From an uncultured bacterium (GTDB lineage: Bacteria; Lernaellota; Lernaellaia; Lernaellales; Lernaellaceae), in assembly GCA_964534375.1 (NCBI GenBank), contig CAZHPN010000040.1:1-37286 (forward strand): a DNA stretch of 37,286 nucleotides. Direction: 5' to 3'. Under the pieces are notes generated by a model that was given only the letters and a program-made list of their open reading frames with translations, was not told the origin of the DNA and ran no database searches. The number at the start of each line of letters is the position of its first letter. Position 1 is the first letter of the stretch. Shown here piece by piece: positions 1 through 8,862 of this stretch. Both the position numbers and the translations under genes were made by a program.

Positions 1-151
1 CGCTTCGCCCGATGACGACGCTTCGCCCGATGACGACGCTGCGCCCGACGACGACGCTGCGCCCGACGACGACGCGGCGCCGGATGACGACCAGTCGCCA
101 GCCCATCGCCTTGGCGGCGGAGGCCAGGCCAGCGGCGGCTGCGGCTGTTGA
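1..151 (+). CDS. 3' end of a gene (partial): Asp-rich linker ending in SGGCGC-stop
   Basis: Frame starting at nt 2 reads ASPDDDASPDDDAAPDDDAAPDDDAAPDDDQSPAHRLGGGGQASGGCGC then TGA at 149-151. Same Asp-repeat style as other genes here. Not in the ORF track because it has no start in the window. Confidence 0.85.
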   Translation, partial: ASPDDDASPDDDAAPDDDAAPDDDAAPDDDQSPAHRLGGGGQASGGCGC

Positions 152-463
152 GCGGAGCGGCGAGCGTTCGAACGCGGGGGCTCGCCGCGCGGCAATCGAT
201 GATCGTCAACGCCGGCCCAGGGAATATCGCGCAATCGGAACCGCGCCGCCAATTGTCCGCCGCCGATTGAAAACGCCGAACAATATTGGCATCATAGCCG
301 AACGTGAAATTCCCCTCCGCGGCGAACGGCGCGGGCGCGTTGCCGCGTGGGTGACGCCGAAAGACGAGATGGCCGGGACAATGATTCGCTGCAGCGCGAA
401 ACCCCGCCGGCAGGCCCCGACGGGCTCGCGCCGGACGGCGCCAGGCGGCGCGGCGGGCCCGCG

Positions 464-2773
464 ATGACGCAATTGACCGCCATCGGTCCGTATCAGATCG
501 TGCAACTCCTGGGCGAAGGCGGCATGGCCCAGGTGTTTCTCGCCAAGAGAACCCGCGAGGGCGGCGTCGAGTTGACGTGCGTGGTGAAGACCATCCGCGC
601 CGCGCACGCCGGCGACGAGAACTTCGTGCGCATGTTTCTCCGCGAGGCGCGCATCCTGGCCTCGCTGCGGCATCAGAACATCGTGCAGCTTTTCGATTTC
701 GACCGCGTGGACGGCACGCTGTACCTGGCGATGGAGTACGTCGAAGGCCACGACCTGCGCGATGTGCTGCTCCAGGCGCGGGCGAGCGGCGGCGGGTTGC
801 CGCTGCCGGCGGCGGTGCACATCGCCGTCGAGGCCCTCAAAGGGCTGGATTACGCGCACCGCCGCGTCGGCCCCGACGGCCGGCCGCTGCACATCGTCCA
901 TCGCGACCTGACGCCGACCAACATCTTGCTGTCCCGCGAAGGCGAGGTGAAGCTCGTCGATTTCGGCATCGCCAAGGACGCCGTGTCCGAAAATTACACG
1001 ATCGCCGGCGCCATCAAAGGCAAGCTGCCGTACATGGCGCCGGAGCAACTGGAGGGCGGCGTCCTCGACGCCCGCGCCGATCTCTTCGCCATGGGCGTCG
1101 TTTTGTACGAAATGGCGACGGGCCGCCGGCCGTTCGAGGCCGACACCTCCGCCGCGCTGATCGCCAAGATTTTGCGCGGCGAATATGAGCCGGCGACCCT
1201 GGCCGCCGACGCGCCCGCCGAACTCGACGAGGTGCTGGCGCTCGCTTTGGCGACCGATCCGGCCGACCGCTTCGGCTCGGCGGCGGCGATGCTCGCGGCG
1301 CTGGAAAAACTCGCCTTGCAGCTCGGCCCGTTTCCCGCGACCGGCTTGCGCGATTATTTCCGGAGCTCGTTTGAATTGTCGGCGGTCGGGCCGGAGGCGG
1401 ACGAAAGCGCTCGGCTGGACGACACCGTGCCGCTCACCGAGTTCCTGCACGCCCTCGACAAGCCGGCGGCCGGCGCGGCGGAACCGGCTGCGAAAATCCG
1501 CACCACCGCGGTCTCGAAGACGAACAAACGGCGGCGAACCGCGCCGCGCCGCCGGCGGCTGGTCGCCGTTGCCGCGGCGGCCGTCGCGGTCGCGATCGCG
1601 ATGAGCGCGCTTGTCTATTTCGGGCGCTCGTCGGCAACCGCGCCGCAGATTGCGTCGTCGCCGGCGCGGCCGGCCCCGGAATCGCCGGCGCTCGCCGCCG
1701 CGCCGACGCCGGCGACCGCGCCGCCGGCGGCATTGGTGGTCCACGCCGTCCCCTGGGCGAACGTGTATCTCGATACGGCGGAAATCGGGCGCACGCCGTT
1801 AGGGCCGACGCCCGTGAAACCCGGTTCGCATCAAATCCTGCTGACCAATGCGGATCTCGGGAAGAACCGTTCCATCCAACGCACGTTCGAAGCGGGCGCG
1901 ACCGTCGTCATCGACGAAGATCTGACGATGGTGGAGAGCCCGGCCGCCGGTTGCCGCTTTGTCGCCATTCCGGCGGGTCGTTTTCAGATGGGCTCGCCGG
2001 GCGGCGAGCCGGGGCGAAAGCCGAATGAAACGCGGCATTGGGTGACGATCGGCGCCGGATTTCTGCTGGGCGCGACGGCGGTGACCCAGGGCCAGTGGCA
2101 GAAGGTGATGGGCGTCAATCCCAGCTTTTTCAAGAACTGCGGCGTCGACTGCCCGGTGGAAAGCGTGTCCTGGTTCGAGGCGGTGGATTTTTGCAACCGA
2201 CTGTCGGATCTGGAAGGGCTGAGCCGCTGTTACAGCGGCGCGGGCGACGCCGTCCAGTGGGACCGGACCTGCCAGGGATACCGGCTGCCGACCGAGGCGG
2301 AATGGGAGTACGCGGCGCGGGCGGGAAGCGCGACGCCGTTGTACAGCGGGCCGCTCACGATTCGCGCCGACAACGACGGCCCGGAACTCGACCCGATTTC
2401 GTGGTACGGCGGGAACAGCGCGGTCCGCTATGCGGGCGGCGTCGATTGCTCGGGTTGGAAGGGCAAACAGTATCCCTCGTCGACGTGCGGGACCCACCCG
2501 GTGGCCGGCAAGCGCAAGAATGGCTGGGGGCTTTACGACATGCAGGGCAACGTGTGGCAATGGGTCTGGGATTGGGAAGGCGAATACCCGGCCGATCCCG
2601 TGCTCGATCCGGCGGGTCCGGATCGCCCCAACCACGGCGCGCGCCGCGCCGATCGCGGCGGAAGCTGGGACTGCTACGCGCGGTTCTGCCGCTCCGCCAA
2701 TCGCGACTTCACCGTTCCCGGCTTGAATCATTACAGCCTCGGCTTTCGTCTCGCCAGGTCGTTGCCCAAGTGA
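464..2773 (+). CDS. Ser/Thr protein kinase with TM helix, PEGA-like domain and C-terminal FGE-sulfatase (SUMF1/C-type lectin fold) domain
   Basis: Hanks motifs LGEGGMAQV, VVK, HRDLTPTN, DFGIAK and GKLPYMAPE; hydrophobic segment LVAVAAAAVAVAIAMSALVYF; PWANVYLD..IGRTP (PEGA-like); FQMGSP, YRLPTEAEWEYAARAG, NGWGLYDMQGNVWQW, RGGSW and GFRLAR (FGE). The likely start is ATG 464; the ORF is open from 347. Confidence 0.93.
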   Translation: MTQLTAIGPYQIVQLLGEGGMAQVFLAKRTREGGVELTCVVKTIRAAHAGDENFVRMFLREARILASLRHQNIVQLFDFDRVDGTLYLAMEYVEGHDLRDVLLQARASGGGLPLPAAVHIAVEALKGLDYAHRRVGPDGRPLHIVHRDLTPTNILLSREGEVKLVDFGIAKDAVSENYTIAGAIKGKLPYMAPEQLEGGVLDARADLFAMGVVLYEMATGRRPFEADTSAALIAKILRGEYEPATLAADAPAELDEVLALALATDPADRFGSAAAMLAALEKLALQLGPFPATGLRDYFRSSFELSAVGPEADESARLDDTVPLTEFLHALDKPAAGAAEPAAKIRTTAVSKTNKRRRTAPRRRRLVAVAAAAVAVAIAMSALVYFGRSSATAPQIASSPARPAPESPALAAAPTPATAPPAALVVHAVPWANVYLDTAEIGRTPLGPTPVKPGSHQILLTNADLGKNRSIQRTFEAGATVVIDEDLTMVESPAAGCRFVAIPAGRFQMGSPGGEPGRKPNETRHWVTIGAGFLLGATAVTQGQWQKVMGVNPSFFKNCGVDCPVESVSWFEAVDFCNRLSDLEGLSRCYSGAGDAVQWDRTCQGYRLPTEAEWEYAARAGSATPLYSGPLTIRADNDGPELDPISWYGGNSAVRYAGGVDCSGWKGKQYPSSTCGTHPVAGKRKNGWGLYDMQGNVWQWVWDWEGEYPADPVLDPAGPDRPNHGARRADRGGSWDCYARFCRSANRDFTVPGLNHYSLGFRLARSLPK

Positions 2774-2988
2774 CGAGCGAAATCTGGCGCCTGAAATAAC
2801 TTGACGGAAACGAAATGCCGCGCGATCCGGCCGGAATCGGAGCTTGACCGGCGGTGAGAGCGCAACATATTCTGGCGCGAATCGAATTGGCGTGGAGTTC
2901 ATTCGCTCTTGTTCGGTAAAAAGATCTGGCGCAAACGTGGCGCGTCGCCAATGGCCCGCACGATCGGGGGGCTGGGGAGAAAACACCG

Positions 2989-4473
2989 ATGAAGTTCCGA
3001 ATCTTTTCCTCGCTGGCGCTGGCGCTGTTTCTGGCGTTGTTCGCCGGCTCGCTGGCATCGTGCGGCGGCGCGGCAAGTTCGAGCAACCGCGCGGCCGACG
3101 ACGACAATGACGATGACACCGTCAGCGTTGACGTCTTCGCGGATCAACCCGGCGGGACGTCAACCGGGCTTCACGGATCGGCCGGCGAGCGGTTGATCGT
3201 CAAGGCCAGCGGCACGGTCGATTTGGGCGTCGCCGGCCACGACGTGCCGCCGGGCGGCCTGCCCTCGATCTGCGGCCAGGGCTGCCCGAACGTCATCGGC
3301 CATCTCGGGGCGTTGACCGGCCGGGTCGAACTCGTCGAATCGCGCGCGGGAACATCCGGTTGCATTTTTGAAGTCGGCGCAAGTTTCGACGGCCCGCTGC
3401 CGTGCTCGGGCGCTTTGACGCTGCTGGTCGACGACAACAATTACGCGGGCAATTCGGGTGAATTTCACGCCGTCGTGTCGCTTCAGCCGGTCGCCGACGA
3501 TGACGACGACAATGACGACGATACGGTTTTCTCTTGGTCGGCGATGACGAGCGGGACGGGGCTGGGGTTGGAAGGCGTTTGGGGCAGCTCGCCCTCGGAT
3601 GTGTTTGTCGTGGGATTGCCCTCGTCCGTCGGGCCGGGCCCAATTCTGCATTACGACGGTTTCACCTGGTCGGCGATGGCGAACGCCACGACCTCGTATT
3701 TGAGCGGCGTCTGGGGAAGCTCTGCCACGGACGTGTTTGCCGTGGGATCAAGCACGCAAGGCACGGAGACCGCAGTCTCCGTGATTTTGCATTATGACGG
3801 TTCGTCGTGGTCGCCGATGACGCTGCCGGAGGATGCGAAGGCGTGGCTGGCCGGCGTCTGGGGAAGCTCGCCGACGGACGTGTTCGCCGTCGGCTACAAC
3901 GCGTCGCCGTATGTCGAGATCTTGCACTATGATGGTTCCGAGTGGACGACGATGCCGCCGGGCACGAGCGCCCTTATCTACTTGAACGGCGTCTGGGGAA
4001 GCTCGGCGACGGACGTCTTTGCCGCGGGCTATGACGACGCCAATTTCGACGTCACGATCTTGCACTATGACGGTTCGTCGTGGTCGCCCATGACGAGCAG
4101 TGCGACCGGGAAATTGTTCGGCGTCTGGGGAACCGCTGCCACCGACGTTTTCGCGGTGGGCGACGACGACAGCCCCGAGGCCGGCGTGATCTTGCACTCG
4201 GATGGTTCGTCGTGGACGGAAATGGCGAACGTTCCCGCCGCGAATTGGACGTTGCGCGGCGTTTGGGGAAGTTCCGGCGATGACGTTTTCATCGGGGGCG
4301 AAGCCTTCGATCCGTCGTCAATTGGGATCATGTTGCACTACGATGGCGCTTCGTGGTCCGTGATGACCCTGCCGAGCGCGACGACGGCGGGGTTGTACGG
4401 CGTCTGGGGATTCTCCGCGACCGACGTGTTCGCCGTGGGCGGCGGGGGAACGATCCTGCACTACGGCCCGTAA
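2989..4473 (+). CDS. Lipoprotein: Asp-rich linker, LecA/PA-IL-like domain, second Asp linker, 7-repeat beta-propeller
   Basis: Lipobox LASC after a hydrophobic leader; GGAG RBS; STG..ASG..GAL.G..VG..G.L.L.VDD.NY.GNSGEF pattern resembling PA-IL-like domains; seven VWGSSxxDVFAVG...ILHYDG..W repeats. Confidence 0.8.
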   Translation: MKFRIFSSLALALFLALFAGSLASCGGAASSSNRAADDDNDDDTVSVDVFADQPGGTSTGLHGSAGERLIVKASGTVDLGVAGHDVPPGGLPSICGQGCPNVIGHLGALTGRVELVESRAGTSGCIFEVGASFDGPLPCSGALTLLVDDNNYAGNSGEFHAVVSLQPVADDDDDNDDDTVFSWSAMTSGTGLGLEGVWGSSPSDVFVVGLPSSVGPGPILHYDGFTWSAMANATTSYLSGVWGSSATDVFAVGSSTQGTETAVSVILHYDGSSWSPMTLPEDAKAWLAGVWGSSPTDVFAVGYNASPYVEILHYDGSEWTTMPPGTSALIYLNGVWGSSATDVFAAGYDDANFDVTILHYDGSSWSPMTSSATGKLFGVWGTAATDVFAVGDDDSPEAGVILHSDGSSWTEMANVPAANWTLRGVWGSSGDDVFIGGEAFDPSSIGIMLHYDGASWSVMTLPSATTAGLYGVWGFSATDVFAVGGGGTILHYGP

Positions 4474-4689
4474 CGAGCGCCGCGGTTGCGGCTAAACCGC
4501 GAAACCGCGCGCGGTCTCGTCGTTTGCCGACAGGCTCGATAGGTCTGATCGAGAGCCCCCGGCGCCCGCCTCCGGGGATAACGCGCCGCGGCCGTTTGCT
4601 TGACGCCGCGAGCCTCCACGGGTATCAATGAAACGCAAGACCGCGGCGCCGCCGGCGCCCGGCCGATTCCGCAGAACACGGAGCAACCG

Positions 4690-7053
4690 ATGAAGACGAC
4701 GTGTTGGCCTTTCGCTTTCTTTCTGGCCGCTATTCTGGCGTTGATTCTCCTGGCCGCGTGCTCGTCCGGCAGCAGTTCCGGCAACGGCGCCGCGGACGAC
4801 GATGACAACGACGACAACGACGCCAGTCCGACCGACGACGACGCCAGTCCGACCGACGACGACGCCTCGCCGGCGGACGACGATTCCTCGCCCGTCGACA
4901 TCGTCGATTACGTCGACCCGCTGATCGGCACGGGCAATTTCGGCATCGGCGTGGCCTCGTGCTATCCGGGGCCGAGCGCGCCGTTCGGCATGATGGGCCT
5001 CAGCCCCGACACGACGTTCTTCGGCCTGATCGTCGATTCGTTCCATTGCGCCGGATACTATTATCCGGACCCGCAAATCCGCGGCTTCACGCACACCCAC
5101 ATGCAGGGCACCGGCGTCCCGGATTACGGCAACATTTTGATCATGCCGATGAAGGCAAAACCTGCCGCGCCCATCGGCGAACCCACCTTCCGCAGCAAGT
5201 TCTCGCACGACAACGAGACGGCCCAGGCGGGCTACTACAGCGTGGTGCTCGACGATCCGCAGGTCTTCGCCGAATTGACCGCGACCGACTGGGCGGCGAT
5301 GCACCGCTACACCTGGCAGGGCGGCGGCGAACCGTACGTCGTGGTCGATCCGTCGTACGGCATCCTTCCCAAATGGGTCAACAGCGCGACGGTCGCCATC
5401 GACGCCTCCAACCAGACGGTCTCGGGCGTGAGCAACTTCTCCGGCGGCCTGACCGGCGGCCATCCGGGCGGCACGAACGTCTACTACGTCGTGCAGTTCT
5501 CGCAGCCGTTCGCCGCCTACGGCACGTGGACCGGCGGCGAGCCGACCGACGGCAGCGTCTCGGCGGCAGGGACCGACGTCGGCGCGTATCTCGGCTTCGC
5601 GGCCGGCGGCCAGCCGTTGCTGATCCGCGTCGGCATCAGTTTCCAGAGCCTCGCGCAGGCGCAGGCGAACCTGGCCGCGCGGGCGCCGAATTGGGATTTC
5701 GACGGCATGATGAACGCGACGCGCGACGCCTGGCGGCAGTACCTTGGCAAGATCGAGGTCAGCGGCGGCTCGCTGTCCGATCGCCGCGTGTTTTACACGG
5801 CGCTCTACCACGCGGGCCTGATGCCGCACGACTGGACGGAGACGAACGGTCAGTACATGGGCTTTGACGCCCAGGCCCACGACGCCGGGGCGCGGCAGTA
5901 CTACACGGATTTCTCGCTGTGGGATACGTTCCGCACCTTCCATCCGCTGCTGACGCTGCTTGACCCGGTCCGCACCGCGGATTTCATGCAGTCGCTGACG
6001 TTGATGTACGAACAGGGCGGCTCGATGCCCAAGTGGCCGGCGGGCATGGCCTACACGGGCTGCATGGACGGCACGAGCGCCGATATCGTGCTCGCGGACG
6101 CTTATCTGAAAGGCATCCGCAATTTCGACTACGCGACGGCCTACGAAGGCTGCTACGCGCACGCGACGGGGCCCGTGCCCAACGACGGCCGCGACGGACT
6201 CGATTCCTACATCTCGCTCGGCTACATTCCGGCGGACGAATATCAGAAGGGCCTGAGCTACACGACCGAATATTGTTACGACGACTCGGCGCTCTCGGCC
6301 TGGGCGACGGCGCTGAACAAGCCCGACGACGCGGCGATGTTCCTCGCGCGCAGCAAGAATTACCGCAACTATTGGGATTCATCGACCGGGTTCCTGCGGC
6401 CGCGCCTCGCCGACGGCACGTGGGTTTCGCCGTTCGATCCGGTCGATATCCTCGATCCGTATTACACCGAAGGCGACTCCTGGAATTACACATTTTTCGC
6501 GCCGCACGACGTCGCGGGCCTGGCCGCGCTGTTCGGTTCCCCCGCGGCGCTGGTGGAAAAGCTGAACTACGCCTTCGAGATGAACGTGCCGTTCCAGTAT
6601 TTCGATTGGGCGCCGGCGGCGTATGTCTGGCTCGGCAACGAGCCGTGCCTGTTCCACCCGTTCATCTTCGCCGAGGCCGGCCGGCCCGACCTGACGCAGA
6701 AGTGGAGCCGCTGGGCGTCGGCCACGAAGTACCGCGACTTTGTCGGCGGCCTGCCGGGCAACGACGACGCGGGCACGATGTCGTCTTTTTACATCTTCTC
6801 CGCGCTGGGCTTTTTCCCGCAAGCCGGCTCGGTCAAGTACGTGCTCGGCAGCCCGGTCTTCGACGGCGCGGTCCTGCACTTGCCCAACGGCGACCTCAAG
6901 ATCACCGCCGCGAACAACGGACCCAACAACGTCTACGTGCAATCCGCGACGCTCAACGGCGCACCGTTGACGACGCCCCTGTTCACGCACGACCAAATTG
7001 CGAACGGCGGCACGCTGGAATTTGCGATGGGGCCGCTGCCCGCCGGGCAGTGA
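4690..7053 (+). CDS. GH92 family alpha-mannosidase, lipoprotein with Asp-rich linker
   Basis: YVDPLIGTG, PFGMMGLSPDT, GFTHTHMQGTG, FYTALYH, SLWDTFRT, EGDSWNY, GNEP and PGNDDAGTMSS motifs; lipobox LAAC; ATG 4690 with a GGAG RBS. Confidence 0.93.
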   Translation: MKTTCWPFAFFLAAILALILLAACSSGSSSGNGAADDDDNDDNDASPTDDDASPTDDDASPADDDSSPVDIVDYVDPLIGTGNFGIGVASCYPGPSAPFGMMGLSPDTTFFGLIVDSFHCAGYYYPDPQIRGFTHTHMQGTGVPDYGNILIMPMKAKPAAPIGEPTFRSKFSHDNETAQAGYYSVVLDDPQVFAELTATDWAAMHRYTWQGGGEPYVVVDPSYGILPKWVNSATVAIDASNQTVSGVSNFSGGLTGGHPGGTNVYYVVQFSQPFAAYGTWTGGEPTDGSVSAAGTDVGAYLGFAAGGQPLLIRVGISFQSLAQAQANLAARAPNWDFDGMMNATRDAWRQYLGKIEVSGGSLSDRRVFYTALYHAGLMPHDWTETNGQYMGFDAQAHDAGARQYYTDFSLWDTFRTFHPLLTLLDPVRTADFMQSLTLMYEQGGSMPKWPAGMAYTGCMDGTSADIVLADAYLKGIRNFDYATAYEGCYAHATGPVPNDGRDGLDSYISLGYIPADEYQKGLSYTTEYCYDDSALSAWATALNKPDDAAMFLARSKNYRNYWDSSTGFLRPRLADGTWVSPFDPVDILDPYYTEGDSWNYTFFAPHDVAGLAALFGSPAALVEKLNYAFEMNVPFQYFDWAPAAYVWLGNEPCLFHPFIFAEAGRPDLTQKWSRWASATKYRDFVGGLPGNDDAGTMSSFYIFSALGFFPQAGSVKYVLGSPVFDGAVLHLPNGDLKITAANNGPNNVYVQSATLNGAPLTTPLFTHDQIANGGTLEFAMGPLPAGQ

Positions 7054-7081
7054 GGGCGGGAACAATCGGCCGCGCCGGCGG

Positions 7082-8116
7082 TTATTGGGCCAGCAGCGGC
7101 GCCCCGTGCACGCCGAGGCTGATGCGCCACACCTTCGGACCCCAGGTCTCGGTGACGTAGATGGAACACGGGTCGTAGTTCGCGCCGCGGCCGAAGGCGA
7201 TCGACGCCGGCGACTCCATCCCGGAGCCGACGACCGTTTGCGAGCCGTCCGCCAGGTCGATGCGCACGATCTGGCCCAGGAAATTTTCCATGATGTAAAG
7301 CCCGCCTTTTTCGTCGAGCCCGGCGCCGTCGGGCAGGGCGGCCGCGGGCAAGTGGGCGATGGTCGTGAAGCCCGTCGCGACCCCTGCGGCGGTCAGATCG
7401 ACGCGATACACGGGGCTCGTAATCGGGACCGTGCCGGCCACGTACAGCGAGCGCCAATCGGCCGTGAACACCATGCCGTTGGGCGCGAGCGGGCCGTCGA
7501 TCCAGTGCGACACCTTCCCGTCGAGCGTCACCTCGTAGATCGTCGCCGTGAAGTTGTCGGAAACCAGCAGCGTGTCCCACGGCGTGTACGCGACGAAGTT
7601 CGGGTTGTCGATGCCGCGCGCGAGCAGCGTCAGGTTGCCGTCCATGTCGAGCCGCCACATGGCGCCGTCGTCGATGCCAGGCAGGGAACTGGCGCCGAAG
7701 TCGCACACGTACATCACGTCGTCCGGGCCGAACGCGAGGCCGACGGCGTGCGTGACCTTGGCGATCATTTCCCACGTGCCGTCGGGGTGCACGTGCGCGA
7801 CGCCGGTCGTGGCCCCGACGAACAATTCGCCCGTTGACGAAAAGCCGATGCCCTCCGTGCCCGAGAAGCCTTCGGCGACGACGGCCTTTTCGCCGACGGG
7901 CAGGTCGGTCCAGCAGGCCGCGTCATCGTCGTTGTCGTCGTCGTTGTCGTTGTTGTCGTCGTTGTCATCGTCGTCGTCGGCCGCATCGTCGTCGGCCGCG
8001 GCGCTGGCGTTGCCGCCGCTCTTGGCGCACGACACGCCGCCCAGCACGAGAAGCAAGCAAAGAAGCGAAAGCGACCGGCAAGCCAATTTCACGGGGATTC
8101 TCCTTGATTTTCTCAT
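7082..8116 (-). CDS. SMP-30/gluconolactonase/LRE-like beta-propeller lipoprotein with Asp-rich linker
   Basis: TEGIGF, PNGMVF and PDGAGLDEKGGLY motifs typical of SGL six-bladed propellers; lipobox GVSC; poly-Asp tract. Confidence 0.82.
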   Translation of the reverse strand: MRKSRRIPVKLACRSLSLLCLLLVLGGVSCAKSGGNASAAADDDAADDDDDNDDNNDNDDDNDDDAACWTDLPVGEKAVVAEGFSGTEGIGFSSTGELFVGATTGVAHVHPDGTWEMIAKVTHAVGLAFGPDDVMYVCDFGASSLPGIDDGAMWRLDMDGNLTLLARGIDNPNFVAYTPWDTLLVSDNFTATIYEVTLDGKVSHWIDGPLAPNGMVFTADWRSLYVAGTVPITSPVYRVDLTAAGVATGFTTIAHLPAAALPDGAGLDEKGGLYIMENFLGQIVRIDLADGSQTVVGSGMESPASIAFGRGANYDPCSIYVTETWGPKVWRISLGVHGAPLLAQ

Positions 8117-8297
8117 CGCGGAACTTTTGTTTTCTGCGCCACGCGGCAGATCATAAAGGTTGGCGATTTTCTCGGCAATGGAGAAGATCCGTTAATGAGA
8201 AGACGATCCGCCTGCCGACCGCACGTCGGTGGGCGGATTCGTCGCGGGCGATTTTTTTGCAGAATTCGTTATCGACAAGGGCCGCGGTTGAGGCCTC

Positions 8298-8471
8298 TCA
8301 GTGATGGAAAAAAAGGCCATCCGATAGCGGGGGGGAGTCCCAGGAGGAGTTGTCCCAGACATGGAAAATATTTACCTCCGGGCCGTACCCAACGGGGTGA
8401 CCGGGAGGGCTCGCAGTCGGCGGCAACGACATCACGGGCGGCGCTGCGATCGTCATCTTCGCGGGTCTCAC
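8298..8471 (-). CDS. Putative small protein (57 aa), absent from the ORF track
   Basis: GGAGG (8479-8483) lies 7 nt before GTG 8471. The frame reads (M)RPAKMTIAAPPVMSLPPTASPPGHPVGYGPEVNIFHVWDNSSWDSPPLSDGLFFHH to TGA 8298-8300, and lies just downstream of a sigma54-like promoter. Confidence 0.5.
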   Translation of the reverse strand: MRPAKMTIAAPPVMSLPPTASPPGHPVGYGPEVNIFHVWDNSSWDSPPLSDGLFFHH

Positions 8472-8538
8472 GGCATTGCCTCCACGTTCGACGTTCTAGC
8501 GCTCGCGCCACACATCATTTCTTGTTGAATTTGCCGGT

Positions 8539-8554
8539 TGCATTTTCTGTGCCG
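8539..8554 (-). promoter_or_regulatory. Sigma54 (-24/-12) promoter-like motif
   Basis: Minus strand CGGCACAGAAAATGCA has GG-N10-GC spacing, with an IHF-like site AATCAAATAGTTC at 8592-8604 and tandem palindromes further upstream. Confidence 0.6.
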
Positions 8555-8637
8555 TGTTTCCGCAGATGCTGGAAATAGTTTTCTTCATAAAAATCAAATA
8601 GTTCCACGGAACAGCCTGACGGGCGTCGCCGCCAAAT

Positions 8638-8674
8638 TGTGAAAACTTTTCACACGATGTGCAACTTGTTCACA
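8638..8674. promoter_or_regulatory. Tandem 17-bp palindromic operator/enhancer (TGTGAAAAnTTTTCACA)
   Basis: TGTGAAAACTTTTCACA at 8638-8654 and TGTGCAACTTGTTCACA at 8658-8674, 20 bp start to start. The same arrangement recurs at 23305-23341. Confidence 0.7.
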
Positions 8675-8862
8675 ATCGCGGCCGGCGGGCCGCTCGCCGC
8701 GCCAGGGTGACGCGGGCCCGCGAGCAACGCCGGGAAAGCGGCTCGATTTGCTTGCTTGACCGTGAGCGCCGGCATTGGTACAAACAAAGTACACCCTACG
8801 GAACGTGCAACCGGGATGCCGGGAAACGTCATGCTTGCCTCGACGGCGCCGGAGTCATCGCT

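Noticed and set aside
8638..8674. Rex or CRP binding site
   Set aside because: The half-sites resemble TGTGA, but the spacing (TGTGA-N7-TCACA) fits neither CRP (N6) nor the 18-bp Rex box. The tandem position upstream of -24/-12 boxes fits an enhancer better.
8120..8860. Known riboswitch, 6S RNA, tmRNA or tRNA in the long intergenic region
   Set aside because: I could not find the conserved motifs of TPP, SAM, cobalamin, glycine or c-di-GMP riboswitches, or of 6S, tmRNA or tRNA. An Rfam search would be needed to exclude them fully.
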